Positions 36,702 through 47,134 of a stretch of 64,000 nucleotides of DNA are shown here, piece by piece. The notes beneath the pieces were generated by a model. The model had not been told where the DNA came from. It saw nothing but the letters and a program-made list of their open reading frames with translations, and made no database searches. Origin of the DNA: Minisyncoccota bacterium. GTDB lineage: Bacteria; Patescibacteriota; Minisyncoccia; Phycocordibacterales; UBA2100. The stretch is from NCBI GenBank assembly GCA_022842645.1, contig JALHPE010000001.1, forward strand, positions 7,711 to 71,710. Direction: 5' to 3'. Within the stretch, counting starts at the first letter, position 1. The number at the start of each line of letters is the position of its first letter. The translations under genes were made by a program, and so were the position numbers.

Positions 36702-39700
36702 TTATCTCAACCCGCCCGGAGGAACCGCGCACCCGGCAGGATTTGGTTCGGCTTCGCAGAGGCATTGGATGAACGAATTGATTGGTTGTTCTGGCTCGCA
36801 GGTGCGCACGTCCTCTGGCGTAGGGTTTCCACTTTGCCCGCTGGACCCGCCCCCTCCTCCATTTCCACTGCCCGAACCGCTTCCGCCTGTGCCTACGGGC
36901 GTGCTCTGACTTCGCGCGATTTCTTCCGGCGTGAATATACGCTCCGGATCAGAATCGTCGCCACGCACACGCACCAGTGTCTCATGCAGAAGTTTATCGG
37001 TTGTATTCTTCGTGTTGCACACCAAGCCAAAACGAGTCGATTCGGTGATTGTTGGCGAACTGATAGATCCGTTCTGAGGGCCACGATGGAAGACTTTGAA
37101 GTCTGCGCTTATAACAGCGCACGTTGAGCTTCCGACATCGGTCCCGACACTCGACCACGAAAGCGTTGTTGTGGATCCAGAAGTTATGAACGAGGGATTA
37201 GCAACAATTGCACCCACGATAACCACCGGCTGCGGAGTGGATTGCGGCTCAGTCGGTGGTCGAGGAGGCTCTTCCTCCCCTCCTCCACCAAAATCAAAGA
37301 ACGCAAATAAGCCCTGGAGGAGTCCTTGCAAAACACTCATCCCACCGCGAGAGAATCCGCCCGAGCCACTGCCAGAAGAAGGAGGACTGCCGGGCACATC
37401 TCCAGAAGCAGAATCTTCAGGGGTGGAATCCCCCGGCGCACGACCATTTGTTTTTCCACTAGAACCAGAATCTGCATTGGCGCCAGGAGCACCACCTTGT
37501 CCGCCACGATCGCCGTTTGCACCCCCATCTGCAACAGATCCTACGCCGCCTCCGTCTCCTCCTGTTGCATCTTGTTGTGCCTTCTCTTCTTCTCCACTTT
37601 CACCTGGCGTAGCGGGTGCAACTCCTTGTGGCTCACCACTTTGCGATTCAGAGGGGGGCGCATCTCCAGGAGGCGTAGAAGTAAGAACACCACTATTCTG
37701 ATTTTGAATGGTCGTGTCGGGAGTAGATGGCGCTTCTGACGTAGCAGGAGTTTCTAAAGGCTCTTCTCCCCCAGGCATAATCGCATACACCCCCGCGCCA
37801 CCTAATAACATACTGACCGCCGACAAACATGAACGGAAGCCTGTACACATATCCCACGCTCTGCGTGCAACAGACGTTTGATTAGAGGGTGTATTTTGGG
37901 GCGATGCCGTGTTTACCCCTGCTCCCGAGCCGCGTGCTTGCGCCTCAGCCGTAGCCCCCCTTGCGTAATCATCAAGCGCACCTCGTGCAAGCGCGAGCAC
38001 TTGTGGATCATCTAGCTTGGCACCGTTTGCAAGTGCCCCATCAACGTCATCGAGCTTGCGTGCAGCATTGTCATACAACCCGGAAGCTGAAGTACCCTTC
38101 GTTATTACAGCCTTTTCGATCGCTACATCGCGAAGGAATTTAATCTCTGCAATCTGTGCTTCGCGCGCAGCTTGTGCGCGCGACCACTCATCAAGGCGTT
38201 TTATAAAATCATCGTTAATTGGAGCCACATCCCTACTAACTGGAGCTACAGCCTCAGGAACCACAGCGGCTGGAGGAGTGTCTGGAATGGGCGGTGGGGT
38301 TGGGGTGGTATCGCGCGGAATCGGAGGCGGCGTTTGCGGGAGCGGAGGTGGAACCGCATCAACAATCGGCGCACGTGGAAGATTTGCATTAGGCAGTGGT
38401 GACGGCGTTGTGGCTGGTACGTCTGGAAGTGCATCTCGAGCCAGGGCACCTGTGGGTAAAACGTCTCTTGTAAACCACCCACGTAACGATTGAGCTGCGT
38501 CTCCGATCGATGATCGAAGAGATGTCAAAGAGAAACCTTCCGAAACAGGCACAAGCGCATCCGCTCGATCCGGTACAAATGCACCAGCTTCTCCTAACGA
38601 ACCTTTTATTTCTTTTTCCTTTTGCCCCGGACGGAACGTGAATGGCGAAGGGGGAATGGACGGTGGAGTAGTCACTTGTGTATTTGGCGGTGGCGCAATG
38701 TCTGCAGCTACGACAGGCGCAGCAGATGGCGGGCGTGGCGTATCGCGGACAAGAGCAACAAAACTCGGTGACTCCGGAAGAGTTGGTGCAGGTGTGCCAG
38801 GCGAGCGTGGAGTTGTGGGCACAGGCACTGCCGGTGCCTCAGCCACAGCAGGAGTGTTGTCGGCAACAGTAATTACAGAAGGAGTTGGTATATCCTCCAC
38901 ATCAACTGCTCGAACAACTACATCAAAAGAACTATTCGCGATCACGGTTGGAGCAGAGATAGTATCAAAAATCGCGAGGGCAGTTACAACTTCTCCATGA
39001 GATAACGATTGGACGGTCGGGATATCTACAGCGGAGACTGTACGAACTTCCGGAATAGTAGAAACTTTTGCTAATAATGTATTTATTTCGATGACCGCAT
39101 TCTCAACTTTTGCTCCCTGAGAAGCGATTCTTGCTTTGAATTGAGCTTGGTTCGCGGCTTTGCTAAAAATATTACGTGCATAAAAGTTATCAACCTCCTG
39201 AGCCAAACTGCTCACATTTGTGCGCGCTATTTTCGCCTGCTCCAATAATCCTTCTCGAACATCACTGGGCACGAGAGGATTTTTGGCGACATTCTCTGCT
39301 GCGTCCGCTAATCTACCGACACCTGAACGCAAAGAGGGAGATGTGTTTTTTAATATCTCAAGGCCATCTAAACCTCCGATTTGCCTTGCTCGCAATAGTT
39401 CTTCCTGCATTACCTTTAAACGTCTAATACTCGGGGGTATAGCAACTTGTGCTTTTGCCAAATCTGCTTCTGCGGCAGCCACTAATTCTTTTCGAGGATT
39501 CGGTGCTATTGGCGGGTTTGTCTCAGAAACCAACATTGAAGTAGGAGAAGGGGGCGGGAGACTCTCTTCTGCTGCTCGGCGTGCACGTGCGGCAATCTCT
39601 GACAAATCGGCCAAAACAGTCGCTTGATCGGGGGAGGAACCGATGCCGGCGCGCCACACTTCGTCCATGGCAGCAAGTTGTTTACGCAAAATTTCCGTCT

Positions 39701-42700
39701 CCCCAAGTGGTAAACTTTCTCGACGAAGATCTGCAACGAGGTTCTCACGTAATACCTTCGTAGCTTGTTCTTCAGCACGACGTGCAATCTCATTCGGATC
39801 GCCTTGTATTCTACTGCGCCCGATCCCCTCTTGGTACTGCCGATTTGCAATCTCAATCGCACGCCGATTTGCTTCGACGGAGACATTTTGATTCGCAACC
39901 TCTCGAGTGGCTTCGGGACTTGGCGGTTGGTTTCCTCGAACAAAATTCCTCACGTTATTCATAAGACCTTCGATACGATTTCCTGCTGCAATGACACCCT
40001 CCGTCACACCGTATAGAATCGCATTCTGTATACCCGCACCCGAAGTCTCATTACCCACCGAATTCATAGCAGGGGTATCCCCGCTTTGAGGAACATTTGC
40101 AACAACTGTCGGGCCATCCAGAGCTTGAGGAGCATCCGCAACTACAGGTCTCGCAGCTGGTGTTGGTTCGTTTATCAATTTTGGTTCTGTGGATATCTGC
40201 GCCACATACGTCTCTGTCCTTGAAAAATCCGGACTTATAGGGCGTGTTGCGGCGATGATGGGATTATCTTGATTAACAATTGGCGTTGCCCTAACATCCA
40301 GCGGCGAAGGAACATCTGAATAGACTTGAGCAATTTGCGCTTCTACTGCTGCTTCCCTTCCTAACGCGGCCTTCATCAGACCTCCTAACCCACGATCGCC
40401 AATAGGGATTTCTGACACAACGCTCTGATCCGGCCTAAGGATAAAGGGTGATCTGCCACCATCAAGATCCTGCGCTATACGGGGAGCATCCGGAGAGACT
40501 GCGGATTCGGGCACCTGGGCAATCTGCGTACGTGGCAACTTCGCCACGGCATCGATATCTGCCTGAATAACAACATCTGCTGCCGTCATCTCTGCAATCG
40601 TAGGCTCGGTTCCCAGATCAGGGCGGCCTGCTATATTTTTTGCAAGGGCACTTTGGTATCGCTTGTATGCTTTTGTGTCTTCAAACCCAGCCTGTTTCAG
40701 TGCCGAAGCGATTGAGCGATTATATGCAAGAGAAGTTGCTACATCCGGATTCGGAGTAATTGGGTCAAGCGTGCGAGCACCGATTATCATTTTTGCCGCC
40801 TCACGTTCGCGCTGGGCAAGTTGTATTTTCGCTAGATCTTCGCTGGCTCTCGCTGGCAGACCTCCCGCCGGTGCACCCAAAGACGCTTCACGGAAGTTTG
40901 CAAACCCCGCGAGCACGTCCGCCTCACCAGTCTGGTGATTTACAATACGGATATTCGGATTCCATGCGCGAGCGGCATCAGCCATAATGAGACTGCCCAG
41001 TACCTGCCCACCATCAGGCAAATCCCCTTTTTGCATGACGGTCTCCACACCGATACCCCGGTGACCAAACTGGCGAGCATGGGCGTAGTATTCATCAAAA
41101 GGAGTGAGTATGCCTATATCCACCACTTTCTCACCGGCAATATTTGTCTGGGTTCTTCCTAGGTACGCTGACACATACACGCCTGAGCCTCTTCCGTTGT
41201 TTGCATTTGACTCAAGGATTTTGAACATATCGTATGTATTTGCACGTGTCTCGTGAAATACCAATAAGTCTCTCTGTGCAGGAGTACGGACCCTACCAAC
41301 GTTCTCACGATTAGCCCAAACGTCGTTCATATACCACAATCGAACTGTGTATGTCTCTCCATTAAATGGAATTTTTTTAACCGCAACTGAAACATCTACC
41401 TCACCTTTTCGCGCCGTCCTGACTTTCAGTGTTTGCATGGTTGCATCCGGCAATATAGGCAAACTTGATGGATTAATAGTTGCCCCCGTGCTGCACATTT
41501 TTGCGTCAGTGCAGACAGCGGTTGCAACCGCATCGTTACTCGCAGGGACAGGTGCTGTTGTATTTGTGGGCTCTGAAGTTGGGTTACTGGGAGGAACTTC
41601 GCCGTCTCCTGAGCGCACAACCGGGTTCGCGACCTCCGGAGGAGTATTTACTGCTCCCTGATTCGCATTCGGCACCTCAGCAATTGCAGTAGGCCTTGAT
41701 GTTTGAGCGTACCACTGAGCCGCTGGTTCTGAGCCGAATACTTTTGCAAGACCGTCACGTAACGCCTCATTTGTAATGGGATCCTCGATTCCATATCTTG
41801 CCAGTGCTGGATATTCTGCTTTAAAGATTCCCTTCGTTAGAGCCGCCCGAGCAGCAAGATCGTTGCGCGCAATGGGTGTAGTAAGTGTAAGTCCCCCTGT
41901 TTCTGCATGGCGCAAACGAGACAAATCATCAAAGGAACCGTTGATCACATCAGTACCAACCCACAACTTAACCACATCGTTATAAGTTTTTGCATTTACG
42001 TACGCTGGTTGGTAATCCAATTTTGCTGAAACCATAGCCGCAGCGTCTGCGTGAGAGGCAAAACATGCGTATGGAGCGTTGCAAGATATGATATTTATTT
42101 TCTCGGGCACAACCTTTGTTAAGTCAGGCTTGCCATTGACAATTGGGACATCGTTGAAAAGCTCTGGTTTGATTTTCTGTACTTCGCGCACACCTTCCCA
42201 TTTCATTCCCCCGAGATTGTTTAATTCTTTAGCAGCGGCAACATGCCTCGAACGAACGTCGACATTTCTCCATTGAGTTTGATTTCCTAAAAAACTTACC
42301 CTACTGGTATCACTACCATCGCGACCAAAAGAAAGAGTGACGGGGCTTTTCTCCCCCGTAACCACACTAGCTGACACAGAGTCTCCTGCTTGCGCAAGAC
42401 CAATCGAAGAACCTTCCGGCATAAAAAGAGAAAATGGAGGGAGCGCGGCGGGATTCGGAGTGGCTGCAAGTCCAACGATGACAGCCGCTTGCTTTAATAC
42501 ACGACCAACTGGCGTCTCGCCTATTCGAGACAAGACTGTAGGGGCGGATGGTATCAAACGATCGACTCCTGCTCCGCCTACAAGAGAATCTATCCCACTT
42601 CCCCCACTTGGAACATTTGATGGGGCATTTGAAGCGCGCATAACTGGGGGAGGTTGGATATTGCGAAGCGGAATACTCTCCACGTTATTGATTCCAGACA

Positions 42701-45700
42701 CACTTGGCACCTCGACAGCACGCCCCCTTGAAGGGATTGCCGCAGGAATCGCATCGGACACGGGCGTAATCGGCGGCTCATATAATACAAGTGCTCTACT
42801 TGGCGGAAGCGGTGCGTCTGGGCGAATACCGCTGAGTGCAGCTCTTACTTCTTGCGCATCAGGTCGCAGATCAAGCTCAGGATGGTATACACGATCCGCA
42901 AAACGTTGCGCAGCAACTGTCTCAAACTCTGAAGCGGTACCCGACCATCTTCCAGCAGTAATTTCATGGTTGAGTCCGCTAGTGACGGAGCGACCCATGC
43001 GATCCGCAAGAACCGCAGCATCAGTACTTAAACCTGCAGTTGGAGGACGAAATACCCCTGAAGCAATGGCGTAATCGTCGCGCGCAACGTCGAGAGCGAA
43101 ATTACCCAAACCCCTTCCTATGGCTCCCGCTTGTTTAAAAGTGACAATACCAAGAGGTCCGACGTATTGTGTCGAATCAACAATAAAAGCTCCAAGTGCA
43201 GAACGGGGGCTGCGCGCGAGTCCAGCGATTTGCACATCCGTGACCGGAGTAACTCCAAATATAGACGAGACGTTAGAAGCCCCATCCCACAGACTTTTCA
43301 TGACACCTCCACCAAAAAGTTTCGGGTAATTCCCCTCACGCCACGCATTTTGTACAACTTCGCCCCAATAATCTGAACGCTCCTGCAGCCACTGAGGAGG
43401 AGCTTCAGTACCTGTAATGGTATTAATTCTTTGTTGCAGAGAAGCATCGGTGACTTTGCCCTGAAGGATTTGATCAATCCGAGCGTTTGTGAGGGTCAGA
43501 TTACCCTGCGGATCGTACCATCCAGGACCTTCTGTGCCGGCGATGCCTTCCAACGTGAATGGAGTAAGCGCTGATTCAAGCATGACTCTTCCCAAACTCA
43601 TGTCCCCACGCTGATACGCATCAATCATTTCAGAGAAACTCAAATTGCTCTGGAGAGCATCTTGTTTCTGCTGAATGAGTTGCGGTAGTATTTCTCGCAT
43701 TGCAAGTTCCTCGCGCGTCATGGTCGCCGGGTCACGCTTCATAAACGCTACATAATCCGACGCACGCGGGTCGTTCGTTAGAAATCCTAGAGTATTACGG
43801 CTCGTATTAATATCGCCCTCAACGTCTGAAAGTTGTGCTCCTAGCGAAGCAATCTCCTGACGTCTATCGTAAAGAAGTCCTGTATCTCTAGGAGAAATCG
43901 CGACATCATTCAGGGCATCTATTTCAGAGCGCAACTGAAGTGCGCGCAGATTTGCTTTATCAAGCGCGCTCTGAGCGCGATACCGCTCGTCTAAGACACT
44001 TTGCACGGGATCGCTGATGCGCTCCTGATATTCCCGATTAACTTCCGCAAAACGAGCACGAGCTGCTTCAAGGTTATTTACAGCCTCAAATCGCTCTTTC
44101 TGCAACGTATCAAGTGGCGCTGCAACAGAGCTAAAGTTCGCCAGGGCTTCTTGTTGTACCCGTGCTGACGCATTTGCTTCCGCAATCGCAACGCTCCGCT
44201 CTTGGAATAATGCACCCCTCTTTGCATCAACCGATGAAAACGTCTTCGTCAAACGATCATTATCGGTATTGAATGCTTCGCGAAGTCCGTTATGTTCATT
44301 CGCTAGACTTTGATACCGTTGAAAATCTGCTTGGCTTAATTTTTTTCCATTTGCCTCCGCTTTTGCGTCCAGTGCGGAGAGCTCTGTGCGTATGGCATCC
44401 ATCCGCGCGATTCGCGCCTCTTGTTCGGGATACGTACGAACCCGCGCGATCACATCCTCCGTTTTGCTGGTCATTGCCCCCACTGTGTTTGTCTCGACTG
44501 TTGTTTTAAACGTGCGTTCCGCCATGACGCATCCGTTTGTTTGCGCACACAATGACTCTTCTGCGGCATTCTGCGCTGCAATCGCTGTATTTTTCTCCTG
44601 AATCGCGGCCTGACTACGAGCTTCTGCCTGCGCGGCATCTCGCACAACCGCCTCGCGCGCCGCCCTCATTCTTAAAACCTCCTCTTCACTCCGCCCCCCT
44701 GAAATAGATCCGTTTTGCGAAAGATTTAATTGCGTATTCTCACTATTTTTTAGAACGTCTTGCAAACGCCTCTCCGCCTGAACGACATCTTGCGCCGCTT
44801 CGATGCGATCGCGCTCGATGCGTAAGAACGTTTTGTCTGTTTCGCCAGTTTGAGTGCCTTTTTCTCCTGCAAATGTATCAATACCAACTCGAGATCCTTC
44901 GGACACCCCGGTGCTATACCCTGGCAAACCCTGTTTTCTAAATGCATCGTCGCTAGGTCCGCTTGGGGAGTTCTTAAGACCCGCCTGTTCATTAGCCGCG
45001 ATTGTGGGGTTGATCTGGTTTAGGGGATCCTGCACACCACTCGGTCCCCCGGCGTTCTGCGCAAGATACCGAAGACTCTCCTGTCGACTCGCTTCTCTCT
45101 CTACTCCGTCCAGCGCCGCAATCGCTTGGGCACGATCAGATAACTGAAGCCCCAGCGAGTCACCAAGTTTTGTAAACCATGCACGATTGTCTGGTTGTTC
45201 TTCCACCGCCGCCTTGAGCGCAAGCGCCTCGCCTGAGGATATGAGTTCCCCTCGCGCCTGTTTTTCGAGTACATATTCAGCAACTCCCTTCTGAAATTGC
45301 TCCGGCGTCACACCTTCGAATTGTTTTATAACATCTTCTATTGAAGCAAGGGAATCTAGGTTCGATTCTTCTGGGCGACTTCCCATGCTGTCGAGAATTG
45401 CTTTGCTTGTTACCAACTCCCCACTATTCACATCAACTATTTCCGCTTCTCCGAATGGGCTCTCTGTAAATTCGGTTGTGTTTAATGTGGGGTCAACGGA
45501 ACCGGTGGCTAATGTTTTCAACCCGGCCCACGCCTCTGCCGCAGTTGCTTTCGCGGTTTGCCACATTCCATTCAAGCCATCCGCAAGAGTTGAAACTGTT
45601 GACGGCCGAGATGTCGGAAGAGCAAAAGGATCAGGAGATCCTGTATTGCTGAAAGTTCCTGTCGGGCGAACAAGATCACCCAACCCCTGATAAAACGAAC

Positions 45701-46565
45701 TTCCACCGTTTGCAGCGGAGACTGAGTCTACGTACTGCTGGTATGGTGATGGACTGAAAGTCCCTGAATTATTAGCAGTGGGTAATTCAGATAAGTCGAA
45801 AGTATTTCTGCCACTCCCTTGCAGATATTCGTATAATTGCGAAGGATTGATACGCCCCTGATCGATGAGTTTTTGATAATTTGCGACGTCCCCCAAACTA
45901 CCAGTGGTATTTATTGGGGGTCGTACCGTGCCTGCCTGTACTGCATTATTAAAATTAATGTTTTGGTCTATAAGCGCCTGTTCGTAACTTGAGAGATTAG
46001 GATTTAGTGCCCTATTCATACTCTCATTCAACTGCATTTGACTTTCGTTGGGACCGAATAACTGATCCCAATAATCACCTAATTTCCCTCCTAGGGACTG
46101 CGAATCTGCAGAAACACCACTTGGAGTTCCGGGCTGACCTTGCACAATATTTTTTCCCCCAGACATCGCTTCTATTGCTTTTTGCTGCAAATCTTGGCAG
46201 GTTGTAGCTCCTGAAGGAACGGTGCAGGACTTTTCTTCGACGCCTCCACGAATACCTTGCTTCCAACATGTTTGCACACCACCGCTTAAGCCAGTAAGGT
46301 TTGCTTTGTCACACTCGATGGCCTTGGCAGCGCTTGCATCTTTATTTGTGTTAGAAGAAACAGAATTTTCTTTTTCTCCAGCTGAGACATTGTTTTGTTG
46401 TTGCGCGGGACACTTTTCAGGACACACATTTACAATAGCTCCATTCAACGCGCAATTAATCTTGCGAGCATTACCAGCACATTGTTCCTGCGCGAAAGAA
46501 GGACTAGGGATTAACAAAAGGACAGAGGAACAAATAGCAAAAAACGTGACGTGTGCACGATTCAT
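36702..46565 (-). CDS. Giant (3287 aa) secreted/surface protein with putative cell-wall-hydrolase domains and conserved C-terminal module
   Basis: Uninterrupted 9.9-kb ORF; signal peptide ..PSFA|Q; Cys-rich N-term, coiled coils, Pro-rich linkers, Ig-like LSWSS domain, terminal Cys motif. Confidence 0.9.
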   Translation of the reverse strand: MNRAHVTFFAICSSVLLLIPSPSFAQEQCAGNARKINCALNGAIVNVCPEKCPAQQQNNVSAGEKENSVSSNTNKDASAAKAIECDKANLTGLSGGVQTCWKQGIRGGVEEKSCTVPSGATTCQDLQQKAIEAMSGGKNIVQGQPGTPSGVSADSQSLGGKLGDYWDQLFGPNESQMQLNESMNRALNPNLSSYEQALIDQNINFNNAVQAGTVRPPINTTGSLGDVANYQKLIDQGRINPSQLYEYLQGSGRNTFDLSELPTANNSGTFSPSPYQQYVDSVSAANGGSSFYQGLGDLVRPTGTFSNTGSPDPFALPTSRPSTVSTLADGLNGMWQTAKATAAEAWAGLKTLATGSVDPTLNTTEFTESPFGEAEIVDVNSGELVTSKAILDSMGSRPEESNLDSLASIEDVIKQFEGVTPEQFQKGVAEYVLEKQARGELISSGEALALKAAVEEQPDNRAWFTKLGDSLGLQLSDRAQAIAALDGVEREASRQESLRYLAQNAGGPSGVQDPLNQINPTIAANEQAGLKNSPSGPSDDAFRKQGLPGYSTGVSEGSRVGIDTFAGEKGTQTGETDKTFLRIERDRIEAAQDVVQAERRLQDVLKNSENTQLNLSQNGSISGGRSEEEVLRMRAAREAVVRDAAQAEARSQAAIQEKNTAIAAQNAAEESLCAQTNGCVMAERTFKTTVETNTVGAMTSKTEDVIARVRTYPEQEARIARMDAIRTELSALDAKAEANGKKLSQADFQRYQSLANEHNGLREAFNTDNDRLTKTFSSVDAKRGALFQERSVAIAEANASARVQQEALANFSSVAAPLDTLQKERFEAVNNLEAARARFAEVNREYQERISDPVQSVLDERYRAQSALDKANLRALQLRSEIDALNDVAISPRDTGLLYDRRQEIASLGAQLSDVEGDINTSRNTLGFLTNDPRASDYVAFMKRDPATMTREELAMREILPQLIQQKQDALQSNLSFSEMIDAYQRGDMSLGRVMLESALTPFTLEGIAGTEGPGWYDPQGNLTLTNARIDQILQGKVTDASLQQRINTITGTEAPPQWLQERSDYWGEVVQNAWREGNYPKLFGGGVMKSLWDGASNVSSIFGVTPVTDVQIAGLARSPRSALGAFIVDSTQYVGPLGIVTFKQAGAIGRGLGNFALDVARDDYAIASGVFRPPTAGLSTDAAVLADRMGRSVTSGLNHEITAGRWSGTASEFETVAAQRFADRVYHPELDLRPDAQEVRAALSGIRPDAPLPPSRALVLYEPPITPVSDAIPAAIPSRGRAVEVPSVSGINNVESIPLRNIQPPPVMRASNAPSNVPSGGSGIDSLVGGAGVDRLIPSAPTVLSRIGETPVGRVLKQAAVIVGLAATPNPAALPPFSLFMPEGSSIGLAQAGDSVSASVVTGEKSPVTLSFGRDGSDTSRVSFLGNQTQWRNVDVRSRHVAAAKELNNLGGMKWEGVREVQKIKPELFNDVPIVNGKPDLTKVVPEKINIISCNAPYACFASHADAAAMVSAKLDYQPAYVNAKTYNDVVKLWVGTDVINGSFDDLSRLRHAETGGLTLTTPIARNDLAARAALTKGIFKAEYPALARYGIEDPITNEALRDGLAKVFGSEPAAQWYAQTSRPTAIAEVPNANQGAVNTPPEVANPVVRSGDGEVPPSNPTSEPTNTTAPVPASNDAVATAVCTDAKMCSTGATINPSSLPILPDATMQTLKVRTARKGEVDVSVAVKKIPFNGETYTVRLWYMNDVWANRENVGRVRTPAQRDLLVFHETRANTYDMFKILESNANNGRGSGVYVSAYLGRTQTNIAGEKVVDIGILTPFDEYYAHARQFGHRGIGVETVMQKGDLPDGGQVLGSLIMADAARAWNPNIRIVNHQTGEADVLAGFANFREASLGAPAGGLPARASEDLAKIQLAQREREAAKMIIGARTLDPITPNPDVATSLAYNRSIASALKQAGFEDTKAYKRYQSALAKNIAGRPDLGTEPTIAEMTAADVVIQADIDAVAKLPRTQIAQVPESAVSPDAPRIAQDLDGGRSPFILRPDQSVVSEIPIGDRGLGGLMKAALGREAAVEAQIAQVYSDVPSPLDVRATPIVNQDNPIIAATRPISPDFSRTETYVAQISTEPKLINEPTPAARPVVADAPQALDGPTVVANVPQSGDTPAMNSVGNETSGAGIQNAILYGVTEGVIAAGNRIEGLMNNVRNFVRGNQPPSPEATREVANQNVSVEANRRAIEIANRQYQEGIGRSRIQGDPNEIARRAEEQATKVLRENLVADLRRESLPLGETEILRKQLAAMDEVWRAGIGSSPDQATVLADLSEIAARARRAAEESLPPPSPTSMLVSETNPPIAPNPRKELVAAAEADLAKAQVAIPPSIRRLKVMQEELLRARQIGGLDGLEILKNTSPSLRSGVGRLADAAENVAKNPLVPSDVREGLLEQAKIARTNVSSLAQEVDNFYARNIFSKAANQAQFKARIASQGAKVENAVIEINTLLAKVSTIPEVRTVSAVDIPTVQSLSHGEVVTALAIFDTISAPTVIANSSFDVVVRAVDVEDIPTPSVITVADNTPAVAEAPAVPVPTTPRSPGTPAPTLPESPSFVALVRDTPRPPSAAPVVAADIAPPPNTQVTTPPSIPPSPFTFRPGQKEKEIKGSLGEAGAFVPDRADALVPVSEGFSLTSLRSSIGDAAQSLRGWFTRDVLPTGALARDALPDVPATTPSPLPNANLPRAPIVDAVPPPLPQTPPPIPRDTTPTPPPIPDTPPAAVVPEAVAPVSRDVAPINDDFIKRLDEWSRAQAAREAQIAEIKFLRDVAIEKAVITKGTSASGLYDNAARKLDDVDGALANGAKLDDPQVLALARGALDDYARGATAEAQARGSGAGVNTASPQNTPSNQTSVARRAWDMCTGFRSCLSAVSMLLGGAGVYAIMPGGEEPLETPATSEAPSTPDTTIQNQNSGVLTSTPPGDAPPSESQSGEPQGVAPATPGESGEEEKAQQDATGGDGGGVGSVADGGANGDRGGQGGAPGANADSGSSGKTNGRAPGDSTPEDSASGDVPGSPPSSGSGSGGFSRGGMSVLQGLLQGLFAFFDFGGGGEEEPPRPPTEPQSTPQPVVIVGAIVANPSFITSGSTTTLSWSSVGTDVGSSTCAVISADFKVFHRGPQNGSISSPTITESTRFGLVCNTKNTTDKLLHETLVRVRGDDSDPERIFTPEEIARSQSTPVGTGGSGSGSGNGGGGGSSGQSGNPTPEDVRTCEPEQPINSFIQCLCEAEPNPAGCAVPPGGLR

Positions 46566-46636
46566 TACGAGTAATTATACGTATATAAAAGTAACAAAAA
46601 TGGGATTTCCCCATTCATACAAAAAAGTGACCCGAA

Positions 46637-47044
46637 TTACTCCGGGTCACTTGATGACGTGGTCGTGGCTCGCGCCTCTTGGATGCGCATGTCCGCCAAA
46701 AGCCCTCTTACGAGATAGCTCGGCATCATATCGCTCAAGTCGCGTACGTATGCGACCGTGTATTTTCCTTCCGGAAACACACCGGCAACATGGCGCACAT
46801 CAGGCACACATTGCCGAAGCCCAATAACGAGCTCTTCTTTGGGGGTTTGTACTCCCGAGAAGTACTTGGCCAGTATTTCAGCCGAAAACCGATCTGAGCA
46901 GAAATAGCCTTCCACTTGACCAGACTCGACTGTGCCAACTACCGGAATATCGGGATCTTTGAGATCAACCGTGACCTCTTCCCATCCGAGAGCTGCGCTT
47001 CCGAAGATGCCAACGAACACGAACGTCAAGACTGTACTTTTCAT
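46637..47044 (-). CDS. Small exported hypothetical protein
   Basis: Signal peptide ..SAALG|W, two Cys; hairpin 46625-46652 at its end. Confidence 0.7.
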   Translation of the reverse strand: MKSTVLTFVFVGIFGSAALGWEEVTVDLKDPDIPVVGTVESGQVEGYFCSDRFSAEILAKYFSGVQTPKEELVIGLRQCVPDVRHVAGVFPEGKYTVAYVRDLSDMMPSYLVRGLLADMRIQEARATTTSSSDPE

Positions 47045-47134
47045 GACAAAAGCGTCCTTCGGCGCTACTACAGTTTTGATCTGGATTGTTTATACACGAA
47101 AAAAGTAAATAAGTCAAGTTTCTGCTGGGGACAG

